From the NCBI GenBank assembly GCA_963751275.1, contig CAVVTZ010000001.1, positions 1 through 50,442 on the forward strand: a stretch of DNA of 50,442 bases. The letters are read 5' to 3'. A program made the translations under genes and the position numbers. This DNA is from an uncultured Gemmatimonadaceae bacterium (GTDB lineage: Bacteria > Gemmatimonadota > Gemmatimonadetes > Gemmatimonadales > Gemmatimonadaceae). Below are positions 19,158 through 28,937 of the stretch, piece by piece; position 1 is the stretch's first letter, and the number at the start of each line of letters is the position of its first letter. The notes under the pieces are model-generated. The model ran no database searches. It was not told where the DNA came from and saw only the letters and a program-made list of their open reading frames with translations.

Positions 19158-19887
19158 GTGTCGATAGACTTTGCAGAACAAAGTACTAGTGAAGGCCTCC
19201 ACGTCGCCATGATCATGGACGGCAACGGTCGCTGGGCCACCGCCCGCGGGCTCCCGCGCGCCGCCGGCCACCGGGCGGGCGCGGACGCCGTCCGCCGCGT
19301 CGTCACCGCCGCGCCCACTCTCGGGATCCGCACGCTCACCCTCTACGCCTTCAGCGCCGACAACTGGCGCCGCCCGCCCCTCGAGGTCGAGATCCTCCTC
19401 CGGCTCTTCCGCCGCCATCTCCTCACCGAGAGCCGCCGCCTCGCCGAGCACGGCGCGCAGCTCACCGTCATCGGACGCCGCGACCGCCTCCCGCCCGTGC
19501 TCACCGATCTCATCGCGCGCGCCGAGTCGATCACCCGCGGCGGCACGGTGCTCGACCTCCGCATCGCGATCGATTACTCCGCGCGCGACGAGATCCTGCG
19601 CGCCGCCGGCGACCTCGCGCGCCGCCGCGTCCCGCTTCACGCGCGATGCGCTCGACGCCTCGCTCTCCGCCGCGCCGCCGGTGGATCTCCTCATCCGCAG
19701 CGGCGCCGAGCGCCGCCTCAGCGACTTCCTGCTCTGGGAATGCGCCTACGCCGAGCTGTACTTCACGGACGTGATGTGGCCCGCCTTCACGGCTGAGGAT
19801 CTCGCCCGCGCCGTGCACGATTTCCACTCGCGCACCCGTCGCTTCGGCACCTTGCCCTCCGTTCCCTCGCTCGCCACGGCGGTCTAA
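19158..19887 (+). CDS. uppS: Undecaprenyl/polyprenyl diphosphate synthase; frameshift near 19630, start uncertain
   Basis: [73 protein letters not shown]. Confidence 0.92.
19168..19184. promoter_or_regulatory. Perfect palindrome ACTTTG-N5-CAAAGT, candidate operator at the uppS 5' end
   Basis: actttgcagaacaaagt; AT-rich in a GC-rich background; related copy at 18066. Confidence 0.55.
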
Positions 19888-19908
19888 ACGCGTACGACCA
19901 ACGACTCC
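19883..19908. repeat. Family E half-element containing the uppS stop codon
   Basis: tctaaacgcgtacgaccaacgactcc is the exact reverse complement of 13900-13925. Confidence 0.8.
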
Positions 19909-19912
19909 CTCA

Positions 19913-21384
19913 ATGACTATCTCGATCTGGCTCTCCGCTCTCTTCCTCGCCGTCCTCGCCGCCGCCTTCGATTTCGACGGCGTCCCCGGCATCGCCTGGC
20001 CCCTCTGGACCGTCCCCGCCGCCCTCGCGCTGTACTACTACACGCGCCCGATCCGCCCCGAAGCCGCGCGTGAGATCATCCTGCCGCTCGCGCTCGCCGT
20101 CCTCATCTCCGCCGGCGGCGCGGTCACGACCAGCGATCCGCTGCACTTCTTCATCGTCGTCGCGAGCATCATGCTGTTCGCGTACGCCATGCGGATCGCC
20201 GCCGGCGCGCCCGTGGCGAGCGCCGGCGCCGGATTCATCGCCGCGTCACCGATCGTCGGCGCCTTCGAGACGGCGCATGAATCGTGGAGCCGAACGAACG
20301 AGGCCGCGACCTCCGCGAACGCCGGCCGCGCGATGCCCGCGCTCCGTGGCACGCTGATCGCCGTCCCCGTGACCATCATCCTCTGGGCGCTGCTCGCCGC
20401 CGCCGACCCGCATCTCTCCAGCTGGGGCAGCGCCATCTCGGGAGGCGATCACCGCGCTCTCCTTCGTCCCCCGCGTCCTCTTCGGCGCCGGGATCTTCGT
20501 GCTCACGCTCGGCGCGTTCGGCCTCGCGTCGCGGCGCGAAGCGCCAACTGGCATCGCCGCTCCGCTGCCCGCCGGCACCGCGACCGCCACCGAGCGGCTC
20601 ATCGTCCTCGGCGCCGTCGCGACGCTGTTCGCCGTCTTCTTCGGGTTGCAGCTCCCGGTCATGTTCGGCAACCCCGCCGCCGCCGCGGGCACCGGCGTCA
20701 CGTACGCCGATTGGGTGCACCGCGGCTTCGCCGAGCTGACCACCGCGGCGACGCTGGTGACGGTGCTCATCGTGGTGCTCGACATGCTCGCCGCGCGCGG
20801 CAGCGCCAACCAGGAGCGTGCCGCGCGCGCCGTGAGTTACGCGCTGCTCGCGCTCACGGCCTTCGTGGTGCTCTCGGCATTCCGCCGGATCGCGCTGTAC
20901 GAGCAGGCCTACGGCTACACCATGCTGCGCCTCTGGTCGCAGGCCTTCATGGTGTGCGTGTGGATCGCGCTCGCGCTCACCGCGTTCGAGATCGCGCGCG
21001 GCCTCGACGCCGCGCCGCCTCGCGCGCCGCGGCGCCGTGGTGGGCTGCCTCGCGCTCGCGACCCTCATCTACTGGAACACCGGCGCCTTCATCGTGCGCG
21101 AGAACGTCGCGCGCTACGCGCAGACGGGGAAGCTCGATACCTGGTATCTCACGTCCCAACTCTCGCTCGACGCGCTCCCCGCCGTTCTCGAAGCGCGTTC
21201 ACAACTCCCGCCGCCCCTCGGCGACAGCCTCACCACCCTCGTGCGGACCCGCGCCGCCTGCACGCGCGCACTGAAGCCCGGCGCCTGGTACGAGTACAAC
21301 GCCCGCCGCTGGGAAGCGATCCGCGTCGCGGGGGGCCAGCAATTACTGGGCGCCCCCGGCAGGAGCTGCTCCTCGCGCGACTGA
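19913..21384 (+). CDS. DUF4153/DUF4173-family membrane protein (frameshifts near 20440 and 21015)
   Basis: LLAAADP, TYADWVHRGFAEL, SAFRRIALYEQAYGYTMLR, NVARY..LDTWYL..LSLDALP, WYEYN. Confidence 0.82.
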
Positions 21385-21398
21385 CTCACGCCCCTCGT

Positions 21399-21533
21399 AG
21401 TTCACACAGGCATTCATCCTGTTAATCCTGATAATCCTGTAATCCTGTCAAAGCAGTTTGTGGTTCTTAGACCAAACTGCTTTGACAGGATTACAGGATT
21501 ATCAGGATTAACAGGATGAATGCTTTGTGAACT
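21399..21533. repeat. Family C AT-rich palindrome, copy C1 (perfect 51-bp arms of ATCCTG-based 8-9-bp units)
   Basis: 21410-21460 gcattcatcctgttaatcctgataatcctgtaatcctgtcaaagcagtttg is the exact reverse complement of 21473-21523. Confidence 0.97.
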
Positions 21534-21660
21534 GCACCGGGGGCGGGCTCTCGGGCGCGGGGCGCGTTATCTTTCCAGCCAACGATCGCCCCGACCTGGA
21601 CGTTATAGAGTCGGTCCAACGGCTAACGTCGCTTTGGCCCTCCACTCGTCACCTCCGATC

Positions 21661-23227
21661 ATGACTCGTCGTCTCGTCGCCCTCTCCCTCGCGATGTTCT
21701 CCACCATCGCGAGCGCCCAGACCGCCACGATCCATCCCCCCGAATCCGCGATCACGCGCATCCGCGACATTGAACGCGATTCGAGCCAGATCGTGTCGTT
21801 CGCGCAGCCGCTCTTCGATTCGATCGGGCCGCGGCTCACCGGCAGCCCGAATCTGCGCAGCGCGCAGGCGTACATCATCTCGCGCTACGCGGCGTGGGGG
21901 ATCGGCGCGAAGGTCGAGGACTACGGCACGTGGCGCTCGTGGCTCCGCGGTCCGACCCATGTCGATCTCATTGCGCCGCGCGTGCGCTCGCTCGAGGCGA
22001 TGATGCTCGCCTGGAGCCCGGGAACGGGCGGCAAGGACGTCGAGGGGGAAGTGATCGCGATGCCCACCTTCACCGCGCCCGCCGACTTCCAGAACTTCCT
22101 GGCGACGGCCAAGGGCAAGTTCGTCCTCGTCTCCATCGCGCAGCCCACGTGCCGCCCCGACACCACGTGGGCGGTGAACGCGACGCCCGCCACCTACATG
22201 AAGATGAAGGCGGCGCGCGCGGAGACCGACAGCGAGTTCGTGCGCAGCCTGCGCGCGGCCGGCGTCACCGTGCGCGATCTCCCGGATTCCCTCGAGCGAG
22301 CCGGCGCACTCGGCGCCTTCCGCAACACGTGGACCGGTGGCTGGGGCGTGGACCGCATCTTCTCCGCGCGCACGAAGACGATGCCGCTCATCGACGCGAG
22401 CTGCGAGGACTTCGGTCTCATGGCGCGCCTCGCGATGAACGGCCAGCACCCGCGCGTGCGCGTGAACGCCACGAGCGCCTTCCAGGGCGAGATGCCCGTG
22501 GGCAATGTGATCGCCACGATCCCCGGCGGCGCGAAGAAGGATGAGGTCGTCATGCTCAGCTCGCACTTCGACAGCTGGGATGGCTCGAGCGGCGCCACCG
22601 ACAACGGCACCGGCACCATCGTGATGATGGAAGCGATGCGCATCCTGAAGATCGTGCTCCCGCATCCGAAGCGTACGATCATCGCCGGCCACTGGAGCGG
22701 GGAGGAGGAAGGACTCATCGGCTCGCGCGCGTACGCCGCCGATCATCAGGCGATCGTGAATTCGATGCAGGCGCTCTTCAATCAGGACAACGGCACCGGC
22801 CACGTCGCGCAGATCGGAATGCAGGGTCTCAGCGGCGCCGAGCCCTTCTTCCGGCGATGGTTCGCCGAGATGCCCGACAGCGTCACCGCCGGCATCAAGA
22901 TCACCGCCCCCGGCGCCCCCGGCCGCGGCGGCACGGACAACGCGAGCTTCATCTGCTGGGGCGCTCCCGCGTTCGGACTCGGCTCCACGAACTGGGATTA
23001 CTTCGCCTACACGTGGCACACCAATCGCGACACGTACGACAAGATCGTGTGGGATGAAGTGCGCAAGAACGCGACGCTGGTGGCGATGCTCGCGTATCTC
23101 GCGAGCGAGGACGACGCGACCATTCCGCGCGATCGTGTGGACCTCGAAGAACCCGCGCACCGGTGAACCGGAGAAGTGGCCCGACTGCCCGGAACCCCTG
23201 CGCAACTCGAGCCTGTACGCCCGGTAG
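21661..23227 (+). CDS. M28-family metallopeptidase (carboxypeptidase Q-like), secreted; probable indel near 23140
   Basis: DSIGPRLTGSP, SSHFDSWD..GATDNGTG, WSGEEEGLIGS, GGTDNASF, WHTNRDTYD; the shifted frame ends KNPRTGEPEKWPDCPEPLRNSSLYAR*. Confidence 0.9.
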
Positions 23228-23337
23228 TCATCCTGATCGATCGCTGTTCTCCCGTCGATCCTGTCAAAGTCGTTCGTTCGAACTGGACCTCACGGCATGT
23301 GACAGGATCACGGGATGAACGGGATTGACCGGATGTC
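23228..23337. repeat. Family C palindrome, degenerate copy C2
   Basis: tcatcctgatc..gatcctgtcaaag ... tgacaggatcacgggatgaacgggattgaccggatg. Confidence 0.7.
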
Positions 23338-23454
23338 CTACGAACGCTGGCTCGGATGACTCCGTTTCGCCCTTGCTTCGACCGGTCGCGATCGCAATGG
23401 CCGATGGGGAGATGTCTTGCGCCCGCGGCGACGGACACTCATCGTTCGCCCCTG

Positions 23455-23841
23455 ATGCGCAACCGGATCCGCGTCCTCTCCCGCCTGTTCGTGGCGGTCG
23501 TGTTCACCGGCCACTCGCTTGCCTCGGGGCTTTTGCCCGGGTGGGTGCCGGCCGGGTGCGCGATGGCGGGCGGCATGCCCGCCGTCCATGGGGCAGCGTC
23601 CATGCCGTCCGCGACGAGCGGCCACCAGGCGGCCGGCGATCCGCGGCATCACCACGACTGTCCGTGCATGGGCGATTGCTGCGCGGCGCGCGCGGCGGTC
23701 TTGCCCGCGGTCGCGGCATTCGCGCTGTCGCTGCCCGCGCCCGCGTCGAACGTTCGCGCGCCCGCGGCCCTGACGGTCCGGGCCGCGCGAGTGCCGCACC
23801 TGCTCCCTCCCGCCCAAGCACCTCCCGCGCTTCGGGTCTGA
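23455..23841 (+). CDS. DUF2946-like leader protein (Cys/His-rich, C-terminal xAPP motif)
   Basis: N-terminal hydrophobic segment, Met/His-rich linker, HHHDCPCMGDCC, Pro/Ala tail ending PAQAPPALRV; directly upstream of a TonB-dependent receptor. Confidence 0.75.
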   Translation: MRNRIRVLSRLFVAVVFTGHSLASGLLPGWVPAGCAMAGGMPAVHGAASMPSATSGHQAAGDPRHHHDCPCMGDCCAARAAVLPAVAAFALSLPAPASNVRAPAALTVRAARVPHLLPPAQAPPALRV

Positions 23842-23943
23842 CCCCGCGTTGCGGGGTCGCTTCACGGTCACGCGTTCACGCGCGCGACCGCCGGCGGCGG
23901 CACTCTGCCCCCGTCCGGCCCGACCTGTGCGGAGATTCATACC

Positions 23944-26134
23944 ATGTTCGACACGCCCAAGTGCGCCGCTCGCGCGGCGCACCGACGTACGTTCAGGCTC
24001 GTGGCAGCCGCGCTCACGCTCATCGCCGCGGCGACGGTAGGTGGCGCAGCGGCTCAGGATTCCTCTGCGGTTCGCGCGGCGGCGCCGGCCGACACGGTGC
24101 CGGCTCATCCCGACACCGCCGTGAAGCGGCGCAAGTCACATGCCGATACCACTCACCTCGCCGCGGTGACGATCACCGCCGCGCCGCCCGCGCCCAGCGA
24201 ACCGAACATGTCGATCACGATCACGCAGTCGCAGATCGCGAGGCGCCGGCCAATTCGCCCTACGAGCTGCTGCGCCAGACGACGGGACTCGAGGCGCACG
24301 AGCAGGGGCAGGGGCCCGGCTTCGCCTCCGACATCTCGGTGCGCGGATTCAGCTCCGACCACTCGACCGACATCGCGCTCTGGATCGACGGCGTGCCCGA
24401 TCAACGAGCCGGTGAACGGCCACGCGGAGGGCTACAACGACTTCAATCTGATCTTCCCCCAGGCGGTGACCGGCATCGATGTGCTCAAGGGCCCGGTGAG
24501 CGCGCTCTACGGGAACTTCGCGTTCTCGGGCATCATCAACGTGCGGACGGTCGAGCACATGGACGGCACGCAGGCCGAGCTCACCGCCGGCTCAATACGG
24601 CAACTACGAGGGCTCGATGCTCAGGGGCTTCGAGCACGGCGGCACGAGCGGCGTGCTCGGCTTGCGCGGCTGGCACGACGATGGATGGCGGCCCCACTCC
24701 GACGGAAGCCTCGGGCAGCTCCACGGACGGCTGTTCAACAGCTGTCCGACATCACGACGCTCGACTGTTGGCGTCGAGCTTTACGCCACGACTACAAGTC
24801 GCCGGGCTTCCTCGACACGGCGTCGTACGAACGAGGGCGACTACACGTCGTCTCCAATTTCGGCGACGGCGGGTACAAGCGGCACGCGCAGGAGCGGGCG
24901 AGCCTGGCGGTGCAATTCACCTCGGACGCGCTGCTGGCGCACGACGTTGTACGGGACGCAGGGCACCTGGAACTTCTGGTTGAGCACGCCGCCCGGGCTC
25001 GGCGGGCTTGCTCGAAGGGATCGGGGGTCGAGACGCGGGAGTACGACGGCCGCTACGGCGGCGGCGCGACGACCGCGCTCACGTACACTCGGGCACGCAG
25101 ATCGGAGAGCTTCTGGGCGTCGACGTCTCGTTCGGCGCCCAGGTGCAGTACGACCCACTCCCACTACGAGAACTGGGCCAGGCAGTCGACGGCTTTCGCG
25201 AGGACTCGGCAGCCAACGCCCAGGTCGAAGGCCAGCCAGGTGATCGGGCGGTCTCTTCCTGCAGGGGAACTTCAACGTCACAACAAGCTGCGTCTGATGC
25301 TGCGGCGCCCGGCTCGATCAGCTGTCCACCACGTCGCAGCAGCCCGATCAGCCGGCAGCGAAACGTGCTGCGGCTGGAACAACGCGAGCTGACGCTCACC
25401 TGCAGCACGCACGCAGTACAGCAAGGGGGTCTTCTCGCCCAAGACCGGCCTGCTGTTGCAAGCGACGACTGGCTCGGGATCTACGAGAACATCTCGAAGG
25501 GATTCCGACAGGAGGACGGTGTCATCCTCGATCCGACCACGCCGCTTCATCTACGTCTGGCAATACGAGGCCGGCGTACAGGTCAACACCCACTCGCTGA
25601 GCCTCGCAGGCGTCGGTCTTCCGGATGAACCTGAGCAACTCACAGGCAGTTCAACGGCGTGACGACGATCGGCGGCGGGCCGAGCGTCCGGAAGGGCATC
25701 GACCTCACGGGAAACTACGTGGTGCTGCCGGGGCTCACGCTCAACACGGCGTTCACGATTCTCGACGCCAAGTACACGAAGTTCATCGACGCAGGCACGG
25801 GCGTCGACTATTCCGGAACGCCGGTGTTCAACACGTCGCAAGTACGTCGGCATCTTCACCGTGAACGAGCGTGCCGCCGCATTCCATCTGGCAATTCCAG
25901 CTCGGCACCAACTTCCAGGGCGCCGTACACGCCGTTCGAGGAGCGATCGGCCTCACCCGTCCGGGGTTCGCGCTGCTGAACGGCTACGCGGGGGTGCAGC
26001 TCTCGAAGCAATGGATCCTGAGCCTCGGCGTGCGGAACATCCTCGATACCCAGTACCGCGAGCTGGAATCGGGTTACTTCGTCACGCCCGGGCAGCCGCG
26101 GACGTTCTATCTCAGGATGCACTTCGGGAACTAG
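23944..26134 (+). CDS. TonB-dependent receptor (multiple frameshifts)
   Basis: Signal peptide; plug motifs DISVRGF, IALWIDGVP, IDVLKGPVSALYG; C-terminal LGVRNILDTQY..PGQPRTFYLRMHF. Confidence 0.88.
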
Positions 26135-26164
26135 CGCTATATTCTACTCTTCAGGAGAACCATC

Positions 26165-26545
26165 ATGTTCGCTCGGATCGATCGCAACACCGCCGTCTTC
26201 GCGCTCGCGCTTCTGCTGCCCGCCGGCGCGTTCTTCCATACCAAGCTGACGAAGGCGGAGCCGGGGGTCGCGTCCACCGTGACTACGGCGCCGGCGCAGA
26301 TCCGGCTTTGGTTCTCGGAGGAGCCGGAGCTCTCGCTCACGACCGTGACGCTCGAGAAGGCGGCGGACAGTTCGGTGCTCGAGAAGCTTGCACTGACCGG
26401 TACGGACGACAAGAAATCCGTTGCCGGCAAGATCACGGCTCCGCTCGCCGCGGGAACGTATCTCGTGGTGTGGAAGACCGCCGCAACCGATGGACACCCG
26501 GCGAAGGGGACGTACTCCTTTACGTACAGACCCGCGAGGAACTAA
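26165..26545 (+). CDS. copC: CopC-family periplasmic copper-binding protein
   Basis: Signal peptide then HTKLTKAEP, APAQIRLWFSE, GTYLVVWK..DGH..GTYSF; AGGAG RBS. Confidence 0.88.
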   Translation: MFARIDRNTAVFALALLLPAGAFFHTKLTKAEPGVASTVTTAPAQIRLWFSEEPELSLTTVTLEKAADSSVLEKLALTGTDDKKSVAGKITAPLAAGTYLVVWKTAATDGHPAKGTYSFTYRPARN

Positions 26546-26554
26546 CCGCAACAC

Positions 26555-26640
26555 CAAGAGGGGAAACGGGAAACGGGAAGCGGGAGGGAGTGGTGCGCGA
26601 GTGACCACGCCTCTCCCGTTTCCGCGTTTCCCGCTTCTTG
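26555..26640. repeat. Heptamer (GGGAAAC)n palindrome between convergent genes; possible bidirectional terminator
   Basis: caagaggggaaacgggaaacgggaagcggga ... tcccgtttccgcgtttcccgcttcttg. Confidence 0.75.
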
Positions 26641-26666
26641 CTGCCCGATTGTAGTGGCAGTTGAGC

Positions 26667-28560
26667 TCACCCCATCTGACTCAACCGGTCGCGGACCGCA
26701 GCGGCAGTAGCCGGCCGTGAGTCGGGCCGCTTCGCCAGCAGCTGCGCAATGAGCTCGTCCAGCTCAACGGACACCGCGTCGTTCAGCGAGCGGGCGCGCG
26801 CCGGTTCATCCTTCAGCAGTTTCGCAATGAGCGTCATCGCCGTCGCCGCCTCGAACGGCAGCCGCCCCGTCGCGGCTTCGAAGAGCACCACGCCCACCGC
26901 GTAGAGATCCGCGCGCACGTCCACCTCTTCGCCGAGCAATTGCTCCGGCGGCATGTAGGCCGGCGTGCCCACGACGAGCCCGATCTCGGTCAGCCCCGCA
27001 CCCGCGCGGTCGGTGAGCCGCGCGACGCCGAAATCCATCACCTTCAGCACGCCCTCCGCGTCCACCAGCAGATTGTGCGGCTTCACGTCGCGGTGGATCA
27101 CCCCCTCGGCGTGCGCGGCCGCGAGCGCGTCGCACAGTTGCGTGCCGATCGCCAGCACGCTCTCCATGCTCAGCGTGCCGCGCGTGTCGATCAGCTCGCG
27201 CACGGTGATCCCCTCCACCAGCTCCATCGTGAGGAAATAGCCGCCCTCGTATTCGCCCAGGTCGTGCGTGCGCACCACGTTGCGGTGCGTGATCTTCCGC
27301 GCGAGGCGGATCTCGCTCTTGAAGCGTTCGATCACGGCCTCGTCCGCCATGCTCTCCTTGCGCAGCGTCTTGAGCGCGATCTCCTCGCCCAGTTCGCTGT
27401 CCTTCGCGCGGAACACGGCGCCCATGCCGCCGCGGCCGAGCGTCGCGAGGATCTCGTAGCGATTCGCGATCCGCTCGCCGGTCTGCAGCATCACCGGCGC
27501 CAGTCCGCCCGGCCCGCCGGCGTTCGACTCGCGCGCCTTCGTGATGTCGGTCTTCAGCGCGCGCACGCGCTCGTGCAGCTGCTGCTCGCGCGCGCGCACG
27601 TTGGTGGCCATCGCGTCGAACACGCGCGCGAGACGCCCCACGGCATCGCGGCGCCGCGCCGACATCCGCCAGCATGCCCGCCTTGTACGTGCCCGCCTCC
27701 ACCGCGCCCGCCGCCGTGGCCACCGCTTCCGCCGCGAGCGCCACCGCGCGCTCCTGGTCGCGCGCGCGCTTCCGCGCGAGACTCGCCCCCACGCGCGCCT
27801 TGAGCAGCACGGGATCGAACGGCTTCGGCAGGAAATCCTCCGCGCCTTGCTCGATGCAGCGCACCGCGCTCTCGGTGTCGTCCAGCGCGGAGATCACGAT
27901 CACCGGGATGTCCCGCGTGCTCTTCTTCCCCTTGAGCCGCTCGAGCACGGCGAAGCCGTCCAGCTCGGGCATCATGATGTCGAGCAGCACGAGATCGGGC
28001 ATGTCGCTCTCCACCATTTCCAGCGCTCTCAGCCCATTCTCGGCGCAGATCACGCCGTAGCCCTGCTTCTCCAGCCGCCGCTTCAGGAGCTGGCGGTTGT
28101 CCTCCACATCGTCCACCACGAGGATCTTCGCCGCGCGATCGTCCGCCGGTTCCTCTTCCACCGGCGCGGGAGCGCCCGCCGCCGCGATCACGAGATCCTT
28201 CGGCCGCAGCTGCTCGGCCGCGTGCAAGATGCGGCGCAGGTCGTCCGCCGCCGCGTCGCCCAGGTCGTGCGCCGAGATGAGCGAACTCACCGCCCGAATG
28301 ATCTGCGCCTGCGGCTCCTCCAGCTCGTCGTACAACCGCCGCACCGCATCGCTCGGCGGCGTGCTGCTCGGCACGAGCACGGCACTAATGTGCTGCAGGG
28401 CGTCGTGCGCCGCGGCGAGGATCACCTTGAGCGGCGCGCGATGCTCCTCGTCGCCCGGCGGGAGATCCTCCAGCAGCATTTCCGTGTAGCCGACGATGTG
28501 ATTCACCGGCGTGCGGAAGGTGTGCCGCAGTTCCCCCACCGCCGAGTTGCGTCCGCTCAC
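26667..28560 (-). CDS. Fusion protein: HisKA-like + receiver + HAMP-like + Ser/Thr protein kinase (frameshift near 27660)
   Basis: [81 protein letters not shown]. Confidence 0.88.
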
Positions 28561-28937
28561 GCCTTGGCTCCCAGCACCGCGGCGATCTTGCCGAGCAGGC
28601 GCTCGAAGTCCACGGGCTTCGTGTCGTACTCGTCGCAGCCGGCGGCCAGCGCCTTCTCGCGGTCGCCCTGCATCGCGTGCGCCGTGAGCGCGATGATCGC
28701 GACGCGCTTTCTCTTCTCGCCGGCGCGGATCTGGCGCGCCGCCTCCCAGCCGTCGATCTCGGGGAGGTTCATGTCCATGAGCACCACGTCGAACTCGCCG
28801 GTGAGCGACATCTCGACGCCGCTGCGGCCATCCACGGCGATGCCCACCTCGAAGCCGCGGCGCGCAAGACGGCGCGAGAGCATGTCGCGGTTCATCTCGT
28901 TGTCTTCCACCAGCAGCACGCGTTTCGCGTCGCTCAT
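28557..28937 (-). CDS. Single-domain response regulator (DivK/CheY-like)
   Basis: [47 protein letters not shown] overlap with the kinase stop. The ORF track fuses it to the kinase only because of an indel. Confidence 0.9.
   Translation of the reverse strand: MSDAKRVLLVEDNEMNRDMLSRRLARRGFEVGIAVDGRSGVEMSLTGEFDVVLMDMNLPEIDGWEAARQIRAGEKRKRVAIIALTAHAMQGDREKALAAGCDEYDTKPVDFERLLGKIAAVLGAKA

Noticed and set aside
18702..19796. HTH regulator-UppS fusion protein (364-aa ORF)
   Set aside because: An indel near 19038 bypasses the natural HTH end (..[10 protein letters not shown] at 19086), and the apparent linker is translated D-family repeat.
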